A DNA stretch of 64,000 nt from NCBI GenBank assembly GCA_964504595.1, contig CAZDEE010000005.1, forward strand, positions 7,883 through 71,882, in the 5' to 3' direction. Of this stretch, positions 1-8,997 are shown one piece after another (position 1 is the first letter of the stretch; each line of letters begins with the position of its first letter). A program made the position numbers and the translations under genes. Origin of the DNA: an uncultured Staphylococcaceae bacterium. Its GTDB lineage: Bacteria; Bacillota_I; Bacilli_A; RFN20; CAG-826. The notes under the pieces are model-generated. The model was not told the origin of the DNA. It did no database searches and was given only the letters and a program-made list of their open reading frames with translations.

Positions 1-1235
1 ATAAAATTGCAACAACTTATAATTCATCTGTACAAGAAATTGTTTCTGCAAATGGATTAAATGTTACAACGCCACTAATTGTTGGACAGGGATTAGTAAT
101 CCCACAAGTTAATCAAATTTATGTCGTAAAAAAAGGTGATTCATTGTATTCGATTAGTAAGATGTATAAAACCACAATTAATAATATTTTAGAACAAAAT
201 CCTTATATTAATAAACCATATACTCTTTATCCAGGACAACAAATATTTATTAGAAATGATTTGGATAGTAAACCTCCTTTATCAGTAAATGGCTATGTTT
301 TTGCAAACACAAATAAGGATTTTTATATTAATAATTCTCCAGATATAACTTTTTTAAGTTTTTTTTCTTATGGATTTAATAATGATGGAGATTTAATATC
401 ACCAGATGATCAAGACATTTTGAAACGTGTAAAAGATAAAGATATTTCTATGATTATGACGGTTACTAATACAAATGAAAATGGTAGCTTTTCTACATCT
501 TTAGCAAGTTCTTTATTAAATGATAAAAATAAAACTCAAAAAATAATAAAACAAATTCATCAAATTCTAGAAAATAAAGGTTATTATGGTGTAAATGTTG
601 ATTTTGAATATGTTTCACCTAAAGATAAAGATGCATATATTAATTTTTTAAATAATTTACGTCAAGAACTAGATTATGATTATGAGTTAAGTGTTGCTTT
701 AGCGCCTAAATATAGTAATTCTCAAGAAGGTTTATTATATGAGGCACATGATTATAAAGCGATTGGTGAGATTGTTGATCGAATTGTTATTATGACATAT
801 GAATGGGGTTATACATATGGTCCTGCAATGGCGGTTGCTCCTTTAGATGAAGTGGAGAAAGTTATTAACTACGCAATTACTGAGATAGATCCTTTAAAGA
901 TTAATTTAGGAATTCCAACTTATGGATATGATTTTGTTGTTCCATATAAAAAAGGAAATAAGGCGCGTTCATTGAGTTATGAAGGAGCTTTAGAAACAGC
1001 AAGAAAAAAGAATGTTTCGATTCATTTTGATGAGAAAACACAAACCCCATATTTTACTTATTATGAAATAGATAACAAGCATGAAGTTCATTATGAAGAT
1101 GCTAGAAGTATAGGCGCTAAAATCAACTTGGCTTTGGCTTATGGATTAGGAGGTATTAGTTTTTGGACATTACGGTCGAATTTCACGCCGATGTGGACTG
1201 TAATTAATGAAACTATCGATGTTATTAAACATTAA
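1..1235 (+). CDS. LysM-containing GH18 glycoside hydrolase, YaaH/SleL-like spore cortex N-acetylglucosaminidase (5' end outside the window)
   Basis: The frame is open from base 3 (KIATTYNSSVQEIVSANGL...IYVVKKGDSLYSISKMY, two LysM repeats). GH18 catalytic motif GVNVDFEY; the MTYEWGY and HYEDARS motifs are typical of YaaH/YdhD. Confidence 0.85.
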   Translation, partial: KIATTYNSSVQEIVSANGLNVTTPLIVGQGLVIPQVNQIYVVKKGDSLYSISKMYKTTINNILEQNPYINKPYTLYPGQQIFIRNDLDSKPPLSVNGYVFANTNKDFYINNSPDITFLSFFSYGFNNDGDLISPDDQDILKRVKDKDISMIMTVTNTNENGSFSTSLASSLLNDKNKTQKIIKQIHQILENKGYYGVNVDFEYVSPKDKDAYINFLNNLRQELDYDYELSVALAPKYSNSQEGLLYEAHDYKAIGEIVDRIVIMTYEWGYTYGPAMAVAPLDEVEKVINYAITEIDPLKINLGIPTYGYDFVVPYKKGNKARSLSYEGALETARKKNVSIHFDEKTQTPYFTYYEIDNKHEVHYEDARSIGAKINLALAYGLGGISFWTLRSNFTPMWTVINETIDVIKH

Positions 1236-1250
1236 AAAAATAAAAAAGGG

Positions 1251-2390
1251 CTAGAACCCTTTTTTCTTAAGCTTACGCAAATGCTTCTTTTTTTCTTTAT
1301 ATTCTTTTTTGATTTTTTTAGCAAAAGTGCCATAGGAAAATATAATGTGATGAATGAATTCACTTTCTTCTTTTGGCATTTTCTTTTTTTTCTTATGAAC
1401 TGATTTTAAATATATAAAAGGATGTTTTATAACATCGATAACGCCGACATTTCCAGTAGCCCCAATAAGTTCGAAAAAGATGTCGATAAATTTTCTTCTT
1501 TCTTCATCACTAATACTATCCATCCACTCTTTTGAAGCTTTGGCAAATACTTTATAACGGATAGAACCACTTTCTAAAAAATTTAAATGTCCAATGCTAT
1601 TGATTTTCCAAGTATATGGGTCATGTTGCAATATACTTTTACCATAGCATTCAACAACTTCATGAGTGTCAGTGTGATTCATTAATAAACCAACAACAGT
1701 ATCTTTTGGAACAATTTTAATCATGCGTGATTTTAAACTTTTATAGGCTGGTGTTTTAAATATATCATCAGTTTTAAATCCAGGACCATCATGATTATAA
1801 ACACGAATAATTCGGTCACGATTACTATCTTCACAATTTATAACTGAATAAAATGCTAAATTACCGCCTTTAGAATGACCTCCAACATAAATAGGACCAT
1901 GATAGATAGAACAGACTTTATTTAAGTAATTAACTGCTTCTTCTTGAGCGGGGATTTTTTCTAAGCAAGAAATTTCAAAATCTTCTTTCCAACCAATAAT
2001 GGATGGATCTGTGCCTTGAAAAGTTATATGTGCAAAACAATCAAAAATGAATGTAACTGCGCAAAATTGCTTAGAAACACGAGGATTAAATTGCTTTGCG
2101 AAAAAATTAATTTTCAAATTTTTAAATCGTTCTTTTTTTCGAATTAATTTTAAAAGTCGTCGATTTAATTTTCGATCAAGCGTTCCTTCACATAGTTTAA
2201 TAATCATTAAATCTTCATGAATTAAATCTTGAAAATTGACAGATATATCGTTGTCATCTAAGCTTGGTACAAGATTTTCAAAATTAAGATATGAAAGTTG
2301 GCAAAGAATTAAACTATCTACTTCATTAAATGTCATTTCATCTAATGATCGATTTCCAAATTTTTTCATATAATAAATAATGTTTTTCAT
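1251..2390 (-). CDS. DUF2974 (Mbeg1-like) alpha/beta-hydrolase, putative lipase
   Basis: FNEVDSLILCQLSY, QFCAVTF, FQGTD..GWKEDF, nucleophile elbow GGHSKGG, HDGPGF. Confidence 0.85.
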   Translation of the reverse strand: MKNIIYYMKKFGNRSLDEMTFNEVDSLILCQLSYLNFENLVPSLDDNDISVNFQDLIHEDLMIIKLCEGTLDRKLNRRLLKLIRKKERFKNLKINFFAKQFNPRVSKQFCAVTFIFDCFAHITFQGTDPSIIGWKEDFEISCLEKIPAQEEAVNYLNKVCSIYHGPIYVGGHSKGGNLAFYSVINCEDSNRDRIIRVYNHDGPGFKTDDIFKTPAYKSLKSRMIKIVPKDTVVGLLMNHTDTHEVVECYGKSILQHDPYTWKINSIGHLNFLESGSIRYKVFAKASKEWMDSISDEERRKFIDIFFELIGATGNVGVIDVIKHPFIYLKSVHKKKKKMPKEESEFIHHIIFSYGTFAKKIKKEYKEKKKHLRKLKKKGF

Positions 2391-2435
2391 TAAATCTCTA
2401 CCTCCTTTTTATTTAATTAATACAGAAAGCTATTT

Positions 2436-3008
2436 TTATTCGTATTCATCGTATTGTGACCATGCTTTTAAACCATTTCTTCTTAGGAAAGAATCGGTTT
2501 TTTCATCTAGATAAAATACTTTTCTCCATAGTCTTGCAAATAGAGGAAAAATAATGGTTATTCCCCAGCTAATTAATACAGTATAGGCATAATATTTTGC
2601 AATTTCACCCACATAATCTAAAGTTAATAAATGTAATCCATAACAAATTAATGCGGGAATAAATAACATCCATAGAATTGATCTTATTTTGATGTTTAAT
2701 TTGATTATTAATTCAGTAATCCAAAATAAAATATTTCTTCCTTCAGAACAAGGATGATTATAACAATTTGGACGATGAAAATATATTCTTTTATAACGAT
2801 TAATCTTTTCTCTTGTTTGGGCGGTGTAATAACTTCCATGATCGGTATATGTAGTTTCATATCCATTATGTTCAACAACATTTTCTCGACCTTTTGTTTT
2901 ATAACCGAGTGATTTTAATTCCCATTTCAACATTTCTGCGCCTAAAAGTACATAAGGTATGCCTCTATAGGCAATCATTAAGTCCTTTTCTCTTACTCTT
3001 CTTGGCAT
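2436..3008 (-). CDS. Hypothetical membrane protein (about 2 TM segments)
   Basis: 190-aa ORF with AGGAG RBS and hydrophobic segments in the C-terminal half; no family recognised. Confidence 0.6.
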   Translation of the reverse strand: MPRRVREKDLMIAYRGIPYVLLGAEMLKWELKSLGYKTKGRENVVEHNGYETTYTDHGSYYTAQTREKINRYKRIYFHRPNCYNHPCSEGRNILFWITELIIKLNIKIRSILWMLFIPALICYGLHLLTLDYVGEIAKYYAYTVLISWGITIIFPLFARLWRKVFYLDEKTDSFLRRNGLKAWSQYDEYE

Positions 3009-3158
3009 AAGTAAATTCTCCTAACTTTTTCTATATTTAACTATATAATAAAGCGATTGTTTTATAAAAAGCAATAATATTTAATTATTAATATATTTTT
3101 TTATTTCTATAAAAATAAATGCACGTTTTAAATTTAATTACTTTAAAATTTATAAATT

Positions 3159-4148
3159 TCAATTTTTAATTGCGCTCTTTTTATAATTATTTAATGCGGC
3201 GTAATATTTTCTTTTAAATTTTCTTTGTAAATGGGATGGTGAAATTATTTTAACTTGTTCACCAAATCTGAAAAAATAAAATTCGATTTGATTATAGGAA
3301 CAATTAAAATAATACATGTTCCCTTCTTTTTTAAAGTAAGAAGGACGATTTAAATAAAAATTATGATAATTCTTTTCTCCTTCAGAAGTTAACTCTAAGA
3401 TAGTAAGTGAATCTTCATTAATTGGAAATTGCGCGCCATGTTCAATAGTATCATCTAGATGATTAAGCTCTTTATCTGTAAAAGAGAAGGGTTCATTTGT
3501 CATATGAATTTCAGTAATTTTATAAAGTTTTCTTGAAATAAGCATCCTTCCACCTTTTTTAGTATCAACGTAACCGATAAGATAGTTATATAACTCCTCT
3601 TTAGTAGTTTTAAGTTTATATGGATCGATTATTATAGTTTCACCTTTTATTCCTGAAAAGATGATTTTCTTTTTTTCTTTAATCGCAGTTAATATTAACT
3701 CAGCATTCTTTTTAAAAAGATATCTTTCTCTTTGCCATTGGCTATGTGAACAATAAGAAATTAACATCTCTCTAAAGTATTGAGAAATAGAACGCTCTCT
3801 TAGATAGTATTTTTCAATGATTTGATATATTTTCTCATTACTTTTAGATATTAAAAATTGGATTGAATAATCATAGTTTTGTTCAGATTTTTTTATTTCA
3901 GAAGTGTTTATTAATGAAATTAAATTATCCACGTTGCTATTTTTATTAACTTTTAATATTGAACGAATTCTTTTTTCTAATTCTTCTTCTTGAAGTAAGA
4001 ATTCTTCATAATAGTTTTCTAATAACTGGTTAATAAATTTGTTTTTATTAATAGAACCATTTTCTTTTTTAAATTCAAAGGAATCCATATCATTACAAAT
4101 AGTGGTATATATTTCTTTTGGTAAATTGACTTTAACTTTGATATACAT
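3159..4148 (-). CDS. WYL-domain transcriptional regulator, WYL1-like (N-terminal ribbon-helix-helix-type region, WYL, WCX)
   Basis: QRERYLF..N..LI..AIK, DPYKL....EELYNYLIG, LTSEGEK....YLNRP and QIEFYFFRFGEQVKIISP match, from recall, the WYL1 protein of type VI-D (Cas13d) loci; RBS AAGGTGA. Confidence 0.8.
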   Translation of the reverse strand: MYIKVKVNLPKEIYTTICNDMDSFEFKKENGSINKNKFINQLLENYYEEFLLQEEELEKRIRSILKVNKNSNVDNLISLINTSEIKKSEQNYDYSIQFLISKSNEKIYQIIEKYYLRERSISQYFREMLISYCSHSQWQRERYLFKKNAELILTAIKEKKKIIFSGIKGETIIIDPYKLKTTKEELYNYLIGYVDTKKGGRMLISRKLYKITEIHMTNEPFSFTDKELNHLDDTIEHGAQFPINEDSLTILELTSEGEKNYHNFYLNRPSYFKKEGNMYYFNCSYNQIEFYFFRFGEQVKIISPSHLQRKFKRKYYAALNNYKKSAIKN

Positions 4149-4171
4149 AGTTAATCACCTTCTTTTATTTA

Positions 4172-4201
4172 ATTATACATTAAGTTCATATAATATGAAC
4201 T
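4172..4201 (-). promoter_or_regulatory. -10 element of the WYL gene next to a perfect 19-bp palindrome (candidate operator)
   Basis: TGTATAAT on the minus strand at 4172-4179; AGTTCATAT-A-ATATGAACT at 4183-4201. Confidence 0.65.
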
Positions 4202-4343
4202 ATTTTTATTGATTTAATGTGAATTTTTTATAGTTAATATATAAATATATTATTATTTAAAAAAATATGAACAAATTTTAATTTTTATTGCGGATTTATA
4301 GTTCCTATTTTTTCTATTAAAATTTAATCATGAGGTGATTGAA

Positions 4344-5732
4344 ATGAAAAATTATACTATAAACGATATTGCAGGATATGGCAAAGAAAAAGAAGAATTG
4401 ATGAAAATTATTGAAGTACTCCAAAATAAGAAAGGATTATTTAATAAAGGAGGTTATATTCCAAAAGGATTAATTCTATATGGTCCTCCAGGTAATGGCA
4501 AAACACTCTTTGCTAAAGTTTTAGCTTCGAGTTTAAATGTTAGCTTTTTTGAATTTGATGTTAGTAAGCCAAATATATGCGCTAAGTTAAAGAGACTCTT
4601 TAAAACAGCATCTAGAAAAGAACAAGCGATTATATTTATTGATGAGATAGACCGTATTTTAAAACTTGATTATGCAAATGATACTCCTGAAAAAGTTATA
4701 TCTGTTCTAGCAACCTTAATTGATGGCTACTCTACAAAATCTAAAAATTCAATTTTTATTGTTGGAACAACAAATGATTTTGAAAGTATTCCTGAAGCAA
4801 TAACAAGACCAGGTCGAATTGATAAAAAAATATTTATTGATCGACCAAATAATGATTCTCGAAAAGAAATAATTACTTACTATATTAATAAAACAGAATG
4901 TGAATTTGAAACTAATATTGAGAAAATTGTTAAACTCACTAACAAATTTTCATCTGCGGCAATTAAGACTCTTGTTAATGAATGTGTAATTAATTCCGAT
5001 GATAATAATTTTGTTTCAAATGATTTGTTAGAAAGAAAGGTCAATGAAATATTAAATGAAGATATAAGTGTGGATATTCATCAATCAGACGCAATTGCTA
5101 CCGCATATGCAGAATTGGGTCGTTTTGTAGTCGCACGATCTTTTAAAAATGCTGATTATATATTGAATATAAATCAACAAGGTAGTTCTAGCGGAAGTAT
5201 TTTTTCATCATGCACTTATTCTTTAAATAGTGACTATGATGATTTTTATGATGAAGATGATGATGAGTATGAAGAAGAAAAGCAAAATACATCAGAAGGT
5301 GGATTAATTTATTCGAAAATGGATATTATTAATGCAATAATGATATTTATGGGTGCGGTTGCGGCAAATATTTTATATAATCGTGGGCCATATACAATTG
5401 ATTATTATTATATATCAGAAGCAAGAGATTTAATAAAATCCGCGATTAAATGTGGGTTTTATGGACTTGAAAATTGTATGTATATGGATTTATCTGAAAA
5501 TAATTACTCTTGTGTACTATCAGAAGAATCCAGACGAAAATTTGAGTTATTAACTAATGAAATATTGCAAGATGCTTATGATAAAGCACGCAGTATTGTA
5601 AAAAACAAACAAGAAGTTTTTAAAATATTAGTTCCAATACTTGTTTCTAAAAAGACAATTGATGCGGATGAAGCTGAACCTTTGATTAAAGATTATTTTA
5701 AAAAGATTGTAAAAAAAGAAATAATTTCTTAA
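4344..5732 (+). CDS. Soluble FtsH-like AAA+ ATPase with degenerate M41 peptidase domain
   Basis: Walker A GPPGNGKT, Walker B IIFIDEID, SRH TTN...AITRPGRID. The HEXXH position reads TAYAELGR. No N-terminal TM segments. Confidence 0.8.
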   Translation: MKNYTINDIAGYGKEKEELMKIIEVLQNKKGLFNKGGYIPKGLILYGPPGNGKTLFAKVLASSLNVSFFEFDVSKPNICAKLKRLFKTASRKEQAIIFIDEIDRILKLDYANDTPEKVISVLATLIDGYSTKSKNSIFIVGTTNDFESIPEAITRPGRIDKKIFIDRPNNDSRKEIITYYINKTECEFETNIEKIVKLTNKFSSAAIKTLVNECVINSDDNNFVSNDLLERKVNEILNEDISVDIHQSDAIATAYAELGRFVVARSFKNADYILNINQQGSSSGSIFSSCTYSLNSDYDDFYDEDDDEYEEEKQNTSEGGLIYSKMDIINAIMIFMGAVAANILYNRGPYTIDYYYISEARDLIKSAIKCGFYGLENCMYMDLSENNYSCVLSEESRRKFELLTNEILQDAYDKARSIVKNKQEVFKILVPILVSKKTIDADEAEPLIKDYFKKIVKKEIIS

Positions 5733-5745
5733 TTGCGGATTAATT

Positions 5746-5790
5746 AGTGATTTATTTATTTTAAATAAATATTTAAATCACTTTTATTTA
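5746..5790 (+). terminator. AT-rich hairpin, possible weak terminator between the AAA+ gene and the helicase gene
   Basis: AGTGATTTA...TAAATCACT followed by TTTT. Confidence 0.4.
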
Positions 5791-5832
5791 TTTATTTATA
5801 GTTATTGTTATTATTTTATTGAGGCTTTAAGT

Positions 5833-8800
5833 ATGGATAATATAGTTAAAACATTAATAAAAGGTATAAATCATAAACAATGGATTGAAATTGAATATGA
5901 TAATAAAGAAGGAAATACACGATACTGGATTGGTATTAGAGACTACTATTATAAAAAGAAAGGTGACATTCCTTCACTTGTTTTAATCGTAGATATTTTT
6001 AATCCTGCTTTAGAAGATGGCTATATTAAGAATTCATTTATTTATTTTAATAAAATATTATCCGCACAAGTAAAGATAGATACTTATTTTAAAGATTCTT
6101 TAGATCTCAATAAAAAAATTAGTAGTTGCCCTGATGATGATTTTTTATCTTATGTTCCTAGTATAGATGAAAACGTTTTAGATTATTTATATGAATGTAG
6201 CATTTTAGATACATCTCCTTATATTAGTAATTATACGCAAGTACTTGGCATTGATAATGAAGTATTAAAAGGTCAATATACTTTATCTTTACAACAATTT
6301 AAAAAATTAACTAAGAAATTATCTTTGAATAAAGATGATTATTATATTTTAGATTCATTAGTCATGAATGAAGTTTCGATTAATACTAAAAAAGGGCTAT
6401 ATGTAATTGCTTATCGTCCTTTAGTGCTCGATGTTGAAAATAGAGTTTTAACCGCATCAAAAAGGATAATGATAAATAGACGTTTTATTTTTAAAGATGA
6501 AAGTGGCAAACCAGAAAACGAGATCTCTGCTTATCAATTTTTAAATGAGGAAGATTATTATTTATTAGATGATATTGATGTTACTATTGATGAACTTAAA
6601 GATGCCCTTGCTAAGAATGTTGATGGGTCAAAAGTGGACTCTTCACCACATATTCTTTCACTTGCGCATCATTCAGTCGCGGGTTTATTAAAAGAATATC
6701 GTGAAATTAAAAAGAGTATTGATGATGATGATCTTAATTATCCTCTTCTTTCTTTTTTTGGAAAGATTAATACTAAACCAAGAAGAAGCGTTACTTATCC
6801 GATTTCGCTTATATCTCCGGCAAATATTGATCAATTATTTGTGATGTATAAAGCGTTAAAATTCCCAGTCACTTATGTTCAAGGACCTCCAGGAACCGGA
6901 AAAACTAAAACAATTATTAACACCATCATCAGTGCGTTCTTTAATAATAAAACAGTTTTAGTTTCTACGAATAATAATGTTCCATTAGATGGAATTTATG
7001 ATGGACTTGTTAACATGAAATATATAAATGGTAAGGGGATTTCATATATTATTCCTTTTCCGGTTTTACGATTAGGAAATGATGAAAATATTTTAAAGTC
7101 TTTAAGAACTATTTTAAATTTAGTAAGAATTGCAGAATCTATTAATTCTGACGCTAACGCGATTGAAAGAGTGAGACTTCGCTATATTAAGAAAACTGAT
7201 TCTTTAAATAGAATTATGGAAAAATATGAAGAATATAAAAATTTAAATGAAGTCAAAGAATTGTTGGAAGATAATTCTATTCAAGATGCGTTTTCTCTAA
7301 AAAAATTTTTATTTGTGGATCCTCAATTAGATGATGTAAAAAGTAAATTAAAAGAAATTGGAAATATTGAAGATAATCAAGCGGAAATCGATGATTTAAT
7401 TAAAATTGATAATGATATTTTTATGTATTTATATTTTGAATCTGCAAATAAAATAAAAAAATTAAAAAAATCAAAATATTCGCAGCTAATGAATATTTTG
7501 CATATGGATGATGATTCTTTAATGCTGAAGGAATTTAAAGGCTATATAAGTGATGATGATAATTTACAAGCTTTATTAAAAGTATTTCCGGTTATTTTAA
7601 CTACGAATATGTCATCTTTGAAATTAGGCAGTCCAACTCCACATTTTGATTTAACTATAATGGATGAAGCTGGACAATGCGCGGCACCATTTGCGATTTC
7701 TCCAATTGCTAGAGGAGAAAATTTACTTTTAGTTGGTGACCCAAATCAGCTTAAACCTGTTGTTCAACTTGATCAAAGAACAAATGAGATTTTAAAAGAA
7801 AAGTTTAATATTCCTTCTGGATATGATTTCTTACAATATTCAATATTAGATATGTTTTTGAACAATGATACAGTTAATGAAATGATTTTATTAAGATTGC
7901 ATTATCGTTGCGATCCAAAGATTATTAGTTTTAATAATAAGATGTTCTATAATAATCATTTAAAAATTATGAGTAAAGGTGTTGAACAAGATCCACTTGT
8001 ATTTATTGATATTCCTCAAGGAACGGAAGTTGAAAAAAGAAATACGTGTATTGAAGAAGTTGATAATGTTCTTTCATATTGTCTTGAACATCAAAATCAA
8101 AAGATTGGAATTATTACTCCTTTTAAAAATCAAAGACAATTATTAATACAAGAAATTGAAAAAAATGGCTTATCAGAAAGAGTGTCAGTGGGAACTGTTC
8201 ATGAATTCCAAGGCGATGAACAGGATGTTATTATTTTTTCAACTGCGATAAGTAAGAATACTTTACCAGCAACATATAATTGGCTTAAAACGAATAATGA
8301 ATTAATTAATGTTGCAACATCAAGAGCGAAAACAAAATTAATAATGCTCGCTAATGAAGATTATATTGAACAGCTTCATTTTTCTTCAAAAGGTGATGAT
8401 TATTTCTATGAGCTCTATCAATATATTAAGAAAAAAGGAGTTCATTCTGTATCATTTGATAGTAAATTTGGTACTAGAGCTACGGGACTTAAAACATACA
8501 ATAGCGAGTTAGAAAGAGCATTTTTAGACAATTTATCACAAGTAATCGCGTGTAATATCGATATTGATTTAGTTTATAAAACTCAAGTGCCAATGAACTC
8601 TATATTTAACATGTTATCGGTAGATGAAACCTACAATTCTTTTTTTTTTAAGAGTAAATTTGATTTTGTTTTGTTTAGAAAAGGAAATGATGAGGTAGTT
8701 GCTATTATAGAATTAAATGGCATCGAACATGAGATTGATGAAGTTGTGAAAAAACGCGATGAAATAAAAAGAACAATATGTCGTAATCATAACGTAAAAT

Positions 8801-8889
8801 TGATTGAAATTAGCAATCGGTATGCAAGAAGATATGAATATATCAAAGAGAGATTATTAACTACTATATTTAAGCAAAAAAGGAAATAG
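5833..8889 (+). CDS. SF1 (Upf1/DNA2/NAM7-like) helicase with N-terminal WYL-like domain and C-terminal DUF2726/Vsr-like nuclease domain
   Basis: QGPPGTGKT, IMDEAGQ, VGDPNQLKPV, HYRC..II.F.N..FY, IGIITPFKNQ, GTVHEFQGDE, NVATSRAK. C-terminal KFDFVLF...IIELNGIEH...KRDEIK..IC. N-terminal I..KQWIEIEYDNKEG.TRY is WYL-like. Confidence 0.85.
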   Translation: MDNIVKTLIKGINHKQWIEIEYDNKEGNTRYWIGIRDYYYKKKGDIPSLVLIVDIFNPALEDGYIKNSFIYFNKILSAQVKIDTYFKDSLDLNKKISSCPDDDFLSYVPSIDENVLDYLYECSILDTSPYISNYTQVLGIDNEVLKGQYTLSLQQFKKLTKKLSLNKDDYYILDSLVMNEVSINTKKGLYVIAYRPLVLDVENRVLTASKRIMINRRFIFKDESGKPENEISAYQFLNEEDYYLLDDIDVTIDELKDALAKNVDGSKVDSSPHILSLAHHSVAGLLKEYREIKKSIDDDDLNYPLLSFFGKINTKPRRSVTYPISLISPANIDQLFVMYKALKFPVTYVQGPPGTGKTKTIINTIISAFFNNKTVLVSTNNNVPLDGIYDGLVNMKYINGKGISYIIPFPVLRLGNDENILKSLRTILNLVRIAESINSDANAIERVRLRYIKKTDSLNRIMEKYEEYKNLNEVKELLEDNSIQDAFSLKKFLFVDPQLDDVKSKLKEIGNIEDNQAEIDDLIKIDNDIFMYLYFESANKIKKLKKSKYSQLMNILHMDDDSLMLKEFKGYISDDDNLQALLKVFPVILTTNMSSLKLGSPTPHFDLTIMDEAGQCAAPFAISPIARGENLLLVGDPNQLKPVVQLDQRTNEILKEKFNIPSGYDFLQYSILDMFLNNDTVNEMILLRLHYRCDPKIISFNNKMFYNNHLKIMSKGVEQDPLVFIDIPQGTEVEKRNTCIEEVDNVLSYCLEHQNQKIGIITPFKNQRQLLIQEIEKNGLSERVSVGTVHEFQGDEQDVIIFSTAISKNTLPATYNWLKTNNELINVATSRAKTKLIMLANEDYIEQLHFSSKGDDYFYELYQYIKKKGVHSVSFDSKFGTRATGLKTYNSELERAFLDNLSQVIACNIDIDLVYKTQVPMNSIFNMLSVDETYNSFFFKSKFDFVLFRKGNDEVVAIIELNGIEHEIDEVVKKRDEIKRTICRNHNVKLIEISNRYARRYEYIKERLLTTIFKQKRK

Positions 8890-8997
8890 ATATAAGTTTT
8901 TAAGGACAGAAAACGGTTATTTTTAATAATAATCGCTTTTATTTTTTATTAATAGCCATTAAATGCACATAAATAATAAAGAAGAGGAAAGATAAAA

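Noticed and set aside
4344-5732. Calling this gene ftsH
   Set aside because: It has no TM segments or HEXXH and is too divergent to be the housekeeping protease.
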